From Eledone cirrhosa (lineage: Eukaryota): a DNA stretch of 64,000 nucleotides. Under the pieces are notes generated by a model, which saw only the letters and a list, made by a program, of their open reading frames with translations, searched no databases and was not told the origin of the DNA. Made by a program: the position numbers and the translations under genes. The stretch's first letter is position 1. Each line of letters opens with the position of its first letter. This document shows, piece after piece, positions 10,566 to 25,000 of the stretch. The DNA lies in the NCBI GenBank assembly GCA_964016885.1, contig OZ024741.1:244094001-244158000 (forward strand), in the 5' to 3' direction.

Positions 10566-12681
10566 AAAATGTAACTCCGCCGGCAAATTCGCATTTTTGT
10601 CATTCGTTTCTTCGAAGCACACCATTCGATGGTGGACATCAGCTTCCTTATTTAGCATGGGCAGCTTTTCTTGAAAATCAAACCTCACACAGCTAATGTG
10701 TGTCTGCACATTTACCAGTAATTACAGATCGATCCGACCACGGGCGGCCGGCCCACGATCGAAAAGGTAACTCCGCCGGCAAATACGCATTTTTGTGATT
10801 CGTTTCTTCGAAGCACACCATTCGCCGCCGGACTTCAGCTTCCTCATTTAGCATGGGCGGGTTTTCTTGAAAATCACACCACACACAGCAAATGTGTGTC
10901 TGCACATGTACCAGTACGTACAGATCGATCCGACCACGGGCGGCCGGCCCACATTCGAAAAGGTTACTCCGCCTGCAAATCGTCATTTTCGGATTCGTTT
11001 TCTTCGAAGCACACCATTCGCCGGCGGACTTCAGCTGCCTCATTTAACATGGGCAGTTTTTCTTGAAGATCACACCACACACAGCCAATGAGAGTTTGCA
11101 CATGTACCAGTAATTACAGATCGATCCGACCGCGGGCGGCCGGCCCACGATCGAAAAAAAGGTAACTCCGCCGGCAAATAGTCATTTTTGTGATTCGTTT
11201 TCTTCGAAGCACACCATTCGCCGCCGGACTTCAGCTGCCTCATTTAACATGGGCAGTTTTTCTTGAAGATCACACCACACACAGCAAATGTGTGTCTGCA
11301 CAGGTACCAGTAATTACAGATCGATCCGACCACGGGCGGCCGGGCCACGATCGAAAAGGTAACTCCGCCGGCAAATCCGCATTTTTGTGATTCGTTTCTT
11401 CGAAGCACACCATTCGCCGCCGGACTTCAGCTTCCTCATTTAGTATGGGCAGCTTTTCTTGAAAATCACACCACACACAGCAAATGTGTGTCTGCACATT
11501 TACCAGTAATTACAGATCGATCCGACCACGGGCGGCCGGCCCACGATCGAAAAGGTAACTCCGCCGGCAAATTCGCATTTTTGTGATTCGTTTCTTCGAA
11601 GCACACCATTCGCTGGTGGACTTCAGCTTCCTCATTTAACATGGGTAGCTTTTCTTGAAAATCACACCACACTCAGCAAATGTGTGTCTGCACATGTACC
11701 AGTAATTACAGATCGATCCGCCCACGGGCGGCCGGCCCACGATCGAAAATGTAACTCCGCCGGCAAATTCGCATTTTTGTCATTCGTTTCTTCGAAGCAC
11801 ACCATTCGCTGGTGGACATCAGCTTCCTTATTTAGCATGGGCAGCTTTTCTTGAAGATCACACCACACACCGCCAATGAGTGTCTGCACATGTACCAGTA
11901 ATTACAGATCGATCCGACCACGGGCGGCCGGCCCACGATCGAAAAGGTAATTCCGCCGGCAAATCCGCATTTTTGTGATTCGTTTCTTCGAAGCACACCA
12001 TTCGCCGCCGGACTTCAGCTTCCTCATTTAGCATGGGCGGTTTTTCTTGAAAATCACACCACACACAGCAAATGTGTGTCTGCACATGTACCAGTACGTA
12101 CAGATCGATCCGACCACGGGCGGCCGGCCCACATTCGAAAAGGTTACTCCGCCTGCAAATCGTCATTTTCGGATTCGTTTTCTTCGAAGCACACCATTCG
12201 CCGGCGGACTTCAGCTGCCTCATTTAACATGGGCAGTTTTTCTTGAAGATCACACCACACACCGCCAATGAGTGTTTGCACATGTACCAGTAATTACAGA
12301 TCGATCCGACCACGGGCGGCCGGCCCACGATCGAGAAAATGGTAACTCCGCCGGCAAATAGTCATTTTTGTGATTCGTTTTCTTCGAAGCACACCATTCG
12401 CCGCCGGACTTCAGCTTCCTCATTTAGCATGGGCAGCTTTTCTTGAAAATCACACCACACACAGAAAATGTGTGTCTGCACTGGTACCAGTAATTACAGA
12501 TCGATCCGACTACGGGCGGCCGGCCCACGATCGAAAAGGTAACTCCGCCGGCAAATCCGCATTTTTGTGATTCGTTTCTTCGAAGCACACCATTCGCCGC
12601 CGGACTTCAGCTTCCTCATTTAGCATGGGCAGCTTTTCTTGAAAATCACACCACACACAGAAAATGTGTGTCTGCACTGGT

Positions 12682-15600
12682 ACCAGTAATTACAGATCGA
12701 TCCGACCACGGGCGGCCGGCCCACGATCGAAAAGGTAACTCCGCCGGCAAATTCGCATTTTTGTGATTCGTTTCTTCGAAGCACACCATTCGCTGGTGGA
12801 CTTCAGCTTCCTCATTTAACATGGGCAGCTTTTCTTGAAAATCACACCACACTCAGCAAATGTGTGTCTGCACATGTACCAGTAATTACAGATCGATCCG
12901 CCCACGGGCGGCCGGCCCACGATCGAAAATGTAACTCCGCCGGCAAATTCGCATTTTTGTCATTCGTTTCTTCGAAGCACACCATTCGCTGGTGGACATC
13001 AGCTTCCTTATTTAGCATGGGCAGCTTTTCTTGAAGATCACACCACACACCGCCAATGAGTGTCTGCACATGTACCAGTAATTACAGATCGATCCGACCA
13101 CGGGCGGCCGGCCCACGATCGAAAAGGTAATTCCGCCGGCAAATCCGCATTTTTGTGATTCGTTTCTTCGAAGCACACCATTCGCCGCCGGACTTCAGCT
13201 TCCTCATTTAGCATGGGCGGTTTTTCTTGAAAATCACACCACACACAGCAAATGTGTGTCTGCACATGTACCAGTACGTACAGATCGATCCGACCACGGG
13301 CGGCCGGCCCACATTCGAAAAGGTTACTCCGCCTGCAAATCGTCATTTTCGGATTCGTTTTCTTCGAAGCACACCATTCGCCGGCGGACTTCAGCTGCCT
13401 CATTTAACATGGGCAGTTTTTCTTGAAGATCACACCACACACCGCCAATGAGTGTTTGCATATGTACCAGTAATTACAGATCGATCCGACCACGGGCCGC
13501 CGGCCCACGATCGAGAAAAAGGTAACTCCGCCGGCAAATACGCATTTTTGTGATTCGTTTCTTCGAAGCACACCATTCGCCGCCGGACTTCAGCTTCCTC
13601 ATTTAGCATGGGCGGTTTTTCTTGAAAATCACACCACACACAGCAAATGTGTGTCTGCACATGTACCAGTACGTACAGATCGATCCGACCACGGGCGGCC
13701 GGCCCACATTCTAAAAGGTTACTCCACCTGCAAATCGTCATTTTCGGATTCGTTTTCTTCGAAGCACACCATTCGCCGGCGGCCTTCAGCTGCCTCATTT
13801 AACATGGGCAGTTTTTCTTGAAGATCACACCACACACCGCCAATGAGTGTTTGCACATGTACCAGTAATTACAGATCGATCCGACCACGGGCGGCCTGCC
13901 CACGATCGAAAAGGTAACTCCGCCGGCAAATTCGCATTTTTGTGATTCGTTTCTTCGAAGCACACCATTCGCCGCCGGACTTCAGCTTCCTCATTTAGCA
14001 TGGGCAGCTTTTCTTGAAAATCACACCACACACAGCAAATGTGTGTCTGCACATTTACCAGTAATTACAGATCGATCCGACCACGGGCGGCCGGCCCACG
14101 ATCGAAAAGGTAACTCCGCCGGCAAATCCGCATTTTTGTGATTCGTTTCTTCGAAGCACACCATTCGCCGCCGGACTTCAGCTTCCTCATTTAGCATGGG
14201 CAGCTTTTCTTAAAAATCACACCACACTCAGCAAATGTGTGTCTGCACATGTACCAGTAATTACAGATCGATCCGACCACGGGCGGCCGGCCCACATTCG
14301 AAAAGGTTACTCCGCCTGCAAATCGTCATTTTCGGATTCGTTTTCTTCGAAGCACACCATTCGCCGGCGGACTTCAGCTGCCTCATTTAACATGGGCAGT
14401 TTTTCTTGAAGATCACACCACACACCGCCAATGAGTGTTTGCACATGTACCAGTAATTACAGATCGATCCGACCACGGGCGGCCGGCCCACGATCGAGAA
14501 AAAGGTAACTCCGCCGGCAAATAGTCATTTTTGTGATTCGTTTTCTTCGAAGCACACCATTCGCCGCCGGACTTCAGCTTCCTCATTTAGCATGGGCAGC
14601 TTTTCTTGAAAATCACACCACACACAGAAAATATGTGTTAGCACAGGTACCAGTAATTACAGATCGATCCGACCACGGGCGGCCGGCCCACGATCGAAAA
14701 GGTAACTCCGCCGGCAAATCCGCATTTTTGTGATTCGTTTCTTCGAAGCACACCATTCGCCGCCGGACTTCAGCTGCCTCATTTAGCATGGGCAGCTTTT
14801 CTTGAAAATCACACCACACACAGCAAATCTGTGTCTGCACATTTACCAGTAATTACAGATCGATCCGACCACGGGCGGCCGGCCCACAATCAAAAAGGTA
14901 ACTCCGCCGGCAAATTCGCATTTTTGTGATTCGTTTCTTCGAAGCACACCATTCGCTGGTGGACTTCAGCTTCCTCATTTAGCATGGGCAGCTTTTCTTG
15001 AAAATCACACCACACACCGCCAATGAGTGTTTGCACATGTACCAGTAATTACAGATCGATCCGACCACGGGCGGCCGGCCCACGATCGAAAAGGTAACTC
15101 CGCCGGCAAATTCGCATTTTTGTGATTCGTTTCTTCGAAGCACACCATTCGCTGGTGGACTTCAGCTTCCTCATTTAACATGGGCAGCTTTTCTTGAAAA
15201 TCACACCACACTCAGCAAATGTGTGTCTGCACATGTACCAGTAATTACAGATCGATCCGCCCACGGGCGGCCGGCCCACGATCGAAAATGTAACTCCGCC
15301 GGCAAATTCGCATTTTTGTCATTCGTTTCTTCGAAGCACACCATTCGCTGGTGGACATCAGCTTCCTTATTTAGCATGGGCAGCTTTTCTTGAAGATCAC
15401 ACCACACACCGCCAATGAGTGTCTGCACATGTACCAGTAATTACAGATCGATCCGACCACGGGCGGCCGGCCCACGATCGAAAAGGTAATTCCGCCGGCA
15501 AATCCGCATTTTTGTGATTCGTTTCTTCGAAGCACACCATTCGCCGCCGGACTTCAGCTTCCTCATTTAGCATGGGCGGTTTTTCTTGAAAATCACACCA

Positions 15601-17375
15601 CACACAGCAAATGTGTGTCTGCACATGTACCAGTACGTACAGATCGATCCGACCACGGGCGGCCGGCCCACATTCGAAAAGGTTACTCCGCCTGCAAATC
15701 GTCATTTTCGGATTCGTTTTCTTCGAAGCACACCATTCGCCGGCGGACTTCAGCTGCCTCATTTAACATGGGCAGTTTTTCTTGAAGATCACACCACACA
15801 CCGCCAATGAGTGTTTGCATATGTACCAGTAATTACAGATCGATCCGACCACGGGCCGCCGGCCCACGATCGAGAAAAAGGTAACTCCGCCGGCAAATAC
15901 GCATTTTTGTGATTCGTTTCTTCGAAGCACACCATTCGCCGCCGGACTTCAGCTTCCTCATTTAGCATGGGCGGTTTTTCTTGAAAATCACACCACACAC
16001 AGCAAATGTGTGTCTGCACATGTACCAGTACGTACAGATCGATCCGACCACGGGCGGCCGGCCCACATTCTAAAAGGTTACTCCACCTGCAAATCGTCAT
16101 TTTCGGATTCGTTTTCTTCGAAGCACACCATTCGCCGGCGGCCTTCAGCTGCCTCATTTAACATGGGCAGTTTTTCTTGAAGATCACACCACACACCGCC
16201 AATGAGTGTTTGCACATGTACCAGTAATTACAGATCGATCCGACCACGGGCGGCCTGCCCACGATCGAAAAGGTAACTCCGCCGGCAAATTCGCATTTTT
16301 GTGATTCGTTTCTTCGAAGCACACCATTCGCCGCCGGACTTCAGCTTCCTCATTTAGCATGGGCAGCTTTTCTTGAAAATCACACCACACACAGCAAATG
16401 TGTGTCTGCACATTTACCAGTAATTACAGATCGATCCGACCACGGGCGGCCGGCCCACGATCGAAAAGGTAACTCCGCCGGCAAATCCGCATTTTTGTGA
16501 TTCGTTTCTTCGAAGCACACCATTCGCCGCCGGACTTCAGCTTCCTCATTTAGCATGGGCAGCTTTTCTTAAAAATCACACCACACTCAGCAAATGTGTG
16601 TCTGCACATGTACCAGTAATTACAGATCGATCCGACCACGGGCGGCCGGCCCACATTCGAAAAGGTTACTCCGCCTGCAAATCGTCATTTTCGGATTCGT
16701 TTTCTTCGAAGCACACCATTCGCCGGCGGACTTCAGCTGCCTCATTTAACATGGGCAGTTTTTCTTGAAGATCACACCACACACCGCCAATGAGTGTTTG
16801 CACATGTACCAGTAATTACAGATCGATCCGACCACGGGCGGCCGGCCCACGATCGAGAAAAAGGTAACTCCGCCGGCAAATAGTCATTTTTGTGATTCGT
16901 TTTCTTCGAAGCACACCATTCGCCGCCGGACTTCAGCTTCCTCATTTAGCATGGGCAGCTTTTCTTGAAAATCACACCACACACAGAAAATATGTGTTAG
17001 CACAGGTACCAGTAATTACAGATCGATCCGACCACGGGCGGCCGGCCCACGATCGAAAAGGTAACTCCGCCGGCAAATCCGCATTTTTGTGATTCGTTTC
17101 TTCGAAGCACACCATTCGCCGCCGGACTTCAGCTGCCTCATTTAGCATGGGCAGCTTTTCTTGAAAATCACACCACACACAGCAAATCTGTGTCTGCACA
17201 TTTACCAGTAATTACAGATCGATCCGACCACGGGCGGCCGGCCCACAATCAAAAAGGTAACTCCGCCGGCAAATTCGCATTTTTGTGATTCGTTTCTTCG
17301 AAGCACACCATTCGCTGGTGGACTTCAGCTTCCTCATTTAGCATGGGCAGCTTTTCTTGAAAATCACACCACACA
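12682..17375 (+). repeat. Tandem 12-monomer duplication (2359 bp x2)
   Basis: ORF pairs 12842/15201, 13430/15789, 13825/16184 and 14613/16972. The GGGCCGCCGG variant was seen only in these two copies. Confidence 0.92.
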
Positions 17376-20300
17376 CAGCAAATGTGTGTCTGCACAGGTA
17401 CCAGTAATTACAGATCGATCCGACCACGGGCGGCCGGCCCACGATCGAAAAGGTAACTCCGCCGGCAAATCCGCATTTTTGTGATTCGTTTCTGCGAAGC
17501 ACACCATTCGCCGCCGGACTTCAGCTTCCTCATTTAGCATGGGCAGCTTTTCTTGAAAATCACACCACACACAGCAAATGTGTGTCTGCACATTTACCAG
17601 TAATTACATATCGATCCGACCACGGGCGGCCGGCCCACGATCGAAAAGGTAACTCCGCCGGCAAATCCGCATTTTTGTGATTCGTTTCTTCGAAGCACAC
17701 CATTCGCCGCCGGACTTCAGCTTCCTAATTTAGCATGGGCGGTTTTTCTTGAAAATCACACCACACACAGAAAATGTGTGTCTGCACATGTAACAGTACG
17801 TACAGATCGATCCGACCACGGGCGGCCGGCCCACATTCGAAAAGGTTACTCCGCCTGCAAATAGTCATTTTCGGATTCGTTTTCTTCGAAGCACACCATT
17901 CGCCGGCGGACTTCAGCTGCCTCATTTAACATGGGCAGTTTTTCTTGAAGATCACACCACACACAGCAAATGTGTGTCTGCACAGGTACCAGTAATTACA
18001 GATCGATCCGACCACGGGCGGCCGGGCCACGATCGAAAAGGTAACTCCGCCGGCAAATCCGCATTTTTGTGATTCGTTTCTTCGAAGCACACCATTCGCC
18101 GCCGGACTTCAGCTTCCTCATTTAGCATGGGCAGCTTTTCTTGAAAATCACACCACACACTGCAAATGTGTGTCTGCACATTTACCAGTAATTACAGATC
18201 GATCCGACCACGGGCGGCCGGCCCACGATCGAAAAGGTAACTCCGCCGGCAAATTCGCATTTTTTGGTATTCGTTTCTTCGAAGCACACCATTCGCTGGT
18301 GGACTTCAGCTTCCTCATTTAACATGGGCAGCTTTTCTTGAAAATCACACCACACTCAGCAAATGTGTGTCTGCACATGTACCAGTAATTACAGATCGAT
18401 CCGCCCACGGGCGGCCGGCCCACGATCGAAAATGTAACTCCGCCGGCAAATTCGCATTTTTGTCATTCGTTTCTTCGAAGCACACCATTCGATGGTGGAC
18501 ATCAGCTTCCTTATTTAGCATGGGCAGCTTTTCTTGAAAATCAAACCTCACACAGCAAATGTGTGTCTGCACATGTACCAGTAATTACAGATCGATCCGA
18601 CCACGGGCGGCCGGCCCACGATCGAAAAGGTAACTCCGCCGGCAAATACGCATTTTTGTGATTCGTTTCTTCGAAGCACACCATTCGCCGCCGGACTTCA
18701 GCTTCCTCATTTAGCATGGGCGGGTTTTCTTGAAAATCACACCACACACAGCAAATGTGTGTCTGCACATGTACCAGTACGTACAGATCGATCCGACCAC
18801 GGGCGGCCGGCCCACATTCGAAAAGGTTACTCCGCCTGCAAATCGTCATTTTCGGATTCGTTTTCTTCGAAGCACACCATTCGCCGGCGGACTTCAGCTG
18901 CCTCATTTAACATGGGCAGTTTTTCTTGAAGATCACACCACACACCGCCAATGAGTGTCTGCACATGTACCAGTAATTACAGATCGATCCGACCACGGGC
19001 GGCCGGCCCACGATCGAAAAGGTAACTCCGCCGGCAAATCCGCATTTTTGTGATTCGTTTCTTCGAAGCACACCATTCGCCGCCGGACTTCAGCTTCCTC
19101 ATTTAGCATGGGCAGCTTTTCTTGAAAATCACACCACACACAGCAAATGTGTGTCTGCACATTTACCAGTAATTACAGATCGATCCGACCACGGGCGGCC
19201 GGCCCACGATCGAAAAGGTAACTCCGCCGGCAAATCCGCATTTTTGTGATTCGTTTCTTCGAAGCACACCATTCGCCGCCGGACTTCAGCTTCCTCATTT
19301 AGCATGGGCAGCTTTTCTTAAAAATCACACCACACTCAGCAAATGTGTGTCTGCACATGTACCAGTAATTACAGATCGATCCGACCACGGGCGGCCGGCC
19401 CACATTCGAAAAGGTTACTCCGCCTGCAAATCGTCATTTTCGGATTCGTTTTCTTCGAAGCACACCATTCGCCGGCGGACTTCAGCTGCCTCATTTAACA
19501 TGGGCAGTTTTTCTTGAAGATCACACCACACACCGCCAATGAGTGTTTGCACATGTACCAGTAATTACAGATCGATCCGACCACGGGCGGCCGGCCCACG
19601 ATCGAGAAAAAGGTAACTCCGCCGGCAAATAGTCATTTTTGTGATTCGTTTTCTTCGAAGCACACCATTCGCCGCCGGACTTCAGCTTCCTCATTTAGCA
19701 TGGGCAGCTTTTCTTGAAAATCACACCACACACAGAAAATATGTGTTAGCACAGGTACCAGTAATTACAGATCGATCCGACCACGGGCGGCCGGCCCACG
19801 ATCGAAAAGGTAACTCCGCCGGCAAATCCGCATTTTTGTGATTCGTTTCTTCGAAGCACACCATTCGCCGCCGGACTTCAGCTGCCTCATTTAGCATGGG
19901 CAGCTTTTCTTGAAAATCACACCACACACAGCAAATCTGTGTCTGCACATTTACCAGTAATTACAGATCGATCCGACCACGGGCGGCCGGCCCACAATCA
20001 AAAAGGTAACTCCGCCGGCAAATTCGCATTTTTGTGATTTGTTTCTTCGAAGCACACCATTCGCTGGTGGACTTCAGCTTCCTCATTTAGCATAGGCAGC
20101 TTTTCTTGAAAATCACACCACACACAGCAAATGTGTGTCTGCACAGGTACCAGTAATTACAGATCGATCCGACCACGGGCGGCCGGCCCACGATCGAAAA
20201 GGTAACTCCGCCGGCAAATCCGCATTTTTGTGATTCGTTTCTGCGAAGCACACCATTCGCCGCCGGACTTCAGCTTCCTCATTTAGCATGGGCAGCTTTT

Positions 20301-22080
20301 CTTGAAAATCACACCACACACAGCAAATGTGTGTCTGCACATTTACCAGTAATTACATATCGATCCGACCACGGGCGGCCGGCCCACGATCGAAAAGGTA
20401 ACTCCGCCGGCAAATCCGCATTTTTGTGATTCGTTTCTTCGAAGCACACCATTCGCCGCCGGACTTCAGCTTCCTAATTTAGCATGGGCGGTTTTTCTTG
20501 AAAATCACACCACACACAGAAAATGTGTGTCTGCACATGTAACAGTACGTACAGATCGATGCGACCACGGGCGGCCGGCCCACATTCGAAAAGGTTACTC
20601 CGCCTGCAAATAGTCATTTTCGGATTCGTTTTCTTCGAAGCACACCATTCGCCGGCGGACTTCAGCTGCCTCATTTAACATGGGCAGTTTTTCTTGAAGA
20701 TCACACCACACACAGCAAATGAGTGTTTGCACATGTACCAGTAATTACAGATCGATCCGACCGCGGGCGGCCGGCCCACGATCGAAAAAAGGTAACTCCG
20801 CCGGCAAATAGTCATTTTTGTGATTCGTTTTCTTCGAAGCACACCATTCGCCGCCGGACTTCAGCTGCCTCATTTAACATGGGCAGTTTTTCTTGAAGAT
20901 CACACCACACACAGCAAATGTGTGTCTGCACAGGTACCAGTAATTACAGATCGATCCGACCACGGGCGGCCGGGCCAGGATCGAAAAGGTAACTCCGCCG
21001 GCAAATCCGCATTTTTGTGATTCGTTTCTTCGAAGCACACCATTCGCCGCCGGACTTCAGCTTCCTCATTTAGCATGGGCAGCTTTTCTTGAAAATCACA
21101 CCACACACTGCAAATGTGTGTCTGCACATTTACCAGTAATTACAGATCGATCCGACCAAGGGCGGCCGGCCCACGATCGAAAAGGTAACTCCGCCGGCAA
21201 ATTCGCATTTTTTGGTATTCGTTTCTTCGAAGCACACCATTCGCTGGTGGACTTCAGCTTCCTCATTTAACATGGGCAGCTTTTCTTGAAAATCACACCA
21301 CACTCAGCAAATGTGTGTCTGCACATGTACCAGTAATTACAGATCGATCCGCCCACGGGCGGCCGGCCCACGATCGAAAATGTAACTCCGCCGGCAAATT
21401 CGCATTTTTGTCATTCGTTTCTTCGAAGCACACCATTCGATGGTGGACATCAGCTTCCTTATTTAGCATGGGCAGCTTTTCTTGAAAATCAAACCTCACA
21501 CAGCAAATGTGTGTCTGCACATGTACCAGTAATTACAGATCGATCCGACCACGGGCGGCCGGCCCACGATCGAAAAGGTAACTCCGCCGGCAAATACGCA
21601 TTTTTGTGATTCGTTTCTTCGAAGCACACCATTCGCCGCCGGACTTCAGCTTCCTCATTTAGCATGGGCGGGTTTTCTTGAAAATCACACCACACACAGC
21701 AAATGTGTGTCTGCACATGTACCAGTACGTACAGATCGATCCGACCACGGGCGGCCGGCCCACATTCGAAAAGGTTACTCCGCCTGCAAATCGTCATTTT
21801 CGGATTCGTTTTCTTCGAAGCACACCATTCGCCGGCGGACTTCAGCTGCCTCATTTAACATGGGCAGTTTTTCTTGAAGATCACACCACACACCGCCAAT
21901 GAGTGTCTGCACATGTACCAGTAATTACAGATCGATCCGACCACGGGCGGCCGGCCCACGATCGAAAAGGTAACTCCGCCGGCAAATCCGCATTTTTGTG
22001 ATTCGTTTCTTCGAAGCACACCATTCGCCGCCGGACTTCAGCTTCCTCATTTAGCATGGGCAGCTTTTCTTGAAAATCAC
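16380..22080 (+). repeat. Duplication with 14- then 15-monomer offset (2749/2948 bp); the first copy lacks one C monomer
   Basis: ORF pairs 16892/19641 and 17725/20474 (offset 2749), then 17952/20900 and 18345/21293 (offset 2948). The 199 bp difference equals the C monomer at ~20701. Confidence 0.85.
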
Positions 22081-25000
22081 ACCACACTCAGCAAATCTGT
22101 GTCTGCACATGTACCAGTAATTACAGATCGATCCGCCCACGGGCGGCCGGCCCACGATCGAAAATGTAACTCCGCCGGCAAATTCGCATTTTTGTCATTC
22201 GTTTCTTCGAAGCACACCATTCGCTGGTGGACATCAGCTTCCTTATTTAGCATGGGCAGCTTTTCTTGAAGATCACACCACACACCGCCAATGAGTGTCT
22301 GCACATGTACCAGTAATTACAGATCGATCCGCCCACGGGCGGCCGGCCCACGATCGAGAAAAAGGTAACTCCGCCGGCAAATAGTCATTTTTGAGATTCG
22401 TTTTCTTCGAAGCACACCATTCGCCGCCGGACTTCAGCTGCCTCATTTAGCATGGGCAGCTTTTCTTGAAAATCACACCACACACAGAAAATGTGTGTCT
22501 GCACAGGTACCAGTAATTGCAGATCGATCCGACCACGGGCGGCCGGCCCACGATCGAAAAGGTAACTCCGCCGGCAAATCCGCATTTTTGTGATTCGTTT
22601 CTTCGAAGCACACCATTCGCCGCCGGACTTCAGCTTCCTCATTTAGCATGGGCAGCTTTTCTTGAAAATCACACCACACACAGCAAATCTGTGTCTGCAC
22701 ATTTACCAGTAATTACAGATCGATCCGACCACGGGCGGCCGGCCCACGATCGAAAAGGTAACTCCGCCGGCAAATCCGCATTTTTGTGATTCGTTTCTTC
22801 GAAGCACACCATTCGCCGCCGGACTTCAGCTTCCTCATTTAGCATGAGCAGCTTTTCTTGAAAATCACACCACACACAGCCAATGAGTGTCTGCACATCT
22901 ACCAGTAATTACATATCGATCCGACCACGGGCGGCCGGCCCACAATCAAAAAGGTAACTCCGCCGGCAAATTCGCATTTTTGTGATTCGTTTCTTCGAAG
23001 CACACCATTCGCTGGTGGACTTCAGCTTCCTCATTTAGCATGGGCAGCTTTTCTTGAAAATCACACCACACACAGCAAATGTGTGTCTGCACATTTACCA
23101 GTAATTACAGATCGATCCGACCACGGGCGGCCGGCGCACGATCGAAAAGGTAACTCCGCCGGCAAATCCGCATTTTTGTGATTCGTTTCTTCGAAGCACA
23201 CCATTCGCCGCCGGACTTCAGCTTCCTAATTTAGCATGGGCGGTTTTTCTTGAAAATCACACCACACACAGAAAATGTGTGTCTGCACATGTAACAGTAC
23301 GTACAGATCGATCCGACCACGGGCGGCCGGCCCACATTCGAAAAGGTTACTCCGCCTGCAAATCGTCATTTTCGGATTCGTTTTCTTCGAAGCACACCAT
23401 TCGCCGCCGGACTTCAGCTGCCTCATTTAACATGGGCAGTTTTTCTTGAAGATCACACCACACACAGCCAATGAGTGTTTGCACATGTACCAGTAATTAC
23501 AGATCGATCCGACCGCGGGCGGCCGGCCCACGATCGAAAAAAAGGTAACTCCGCCGGCAAATAGTCATTTTTGTGATTCGTTTTCTTCGAAGCACACCAT
23601 TCGCCGCCGGACTTCAGCTTCCTCATTTAGCATGGGCGGTTTTTCTTGAAAATCACACCACACACAGCAAATGTGTGTCTGCACATGTACCAGTACGTAC
23701 AGATCGATCCGACCACGGGCGGCCGGCCCACATTCGAAAAGGTTACTCCGCCGGCAAATCCGCATTTTTGTGATTCGTTTCTTCGAAGCACACCATTCGC
23801 CGCCGGACTTCAGCTTCCTCATTTAGCATGGGCAGCTTTTCTTGAAAATCACACCACACACTGCAAATGTGTGTCTGCACATTTACCAGTAATTACAGAT
23901 CGATCCGACCACGGGCGGCCGGCCCACGATCGAAAAGGTAACTCCGCCGGCAAATTCGCATTTTTTGGTATTCGTTTCTTCGAAGCACACCATTCGCTGG
24001 TGGACTTCAGCTTCCTCATTTAACATGGGCAGCTTTTCTTGAAAATCACACCACACTCAGCAAATGTGTGTCTGCACATGTACCAGTAATTACAGATCGA
24101 TCCGCCCACGGGCGGCCGGCCCACGATCGAAAATGTAACTCCGCCGGCAAATTCGCATTTTTGTCATTCGTTTCTTCGAAGCACACCATTCGATGGTGGA
24201 CATCAGCTTCCTTATTTAGCATGGGCAGCTTTTCTTGAAAATCAAACCTCACACAGCAAATGTGTGTCTGCACATGTACCAGTAATTACAGATCGATCCG
24301 ACCACGGGCGGCCGGCCCACGATCGAAAAGGTAACTCCGCCGGCAAATACGCATTTTTGTGATTCGTTTCTTCGAAGCACACCATTCGCCGCCGGACTTC
24401 AGCTTCCTCATTTAGCATGGGCGGGTTTTCTTGAAAATCACACCACACACAGCAAATGTGTGTCTGCACATGTACCAGTACGTACAGATCGATCCGACCA
24501 CGGGCGGCCGGCCCACATTCGAAAAGGTTACTCCGCCTGCAAATCGTCATTTTCGGATTCGTTTTCTTCGAAGCACACCATTCGCCGGCGGACTTCAGCT
24601 GCCTCATTTAACATGGGCAGTTTTTCTTGAAGATCACACCACACACCGCCAATGAGTGTCTGCACATGTACCAGTAATTACAGATCGATCCGACCACGGG
24701 CGGCCGGCCCACGATCGAAAAGGTAACTCCGCCGGCAAATCCGCATTTTTGTGATTCGTTTCTTCGAAGCACACCATTCGCCGCCGGACTTCAGCTTCCT
24801 CATTTAGCATGGGCAGCTTTTCTTGAAAATCACACCACACACAGCAAATCTGTGTCTGCACATTTACCAGTAATTACAGATCGATCCGACCACGGGCGGC
24901 CGGCCCACGATCGAAAAGGTAACTCCGCCGGCAAATCCGCATTTTTGTGATTCGTTTCTTCGAAGCACACCATTCGCTGGTGGACTTCAGCTTCCTCATT

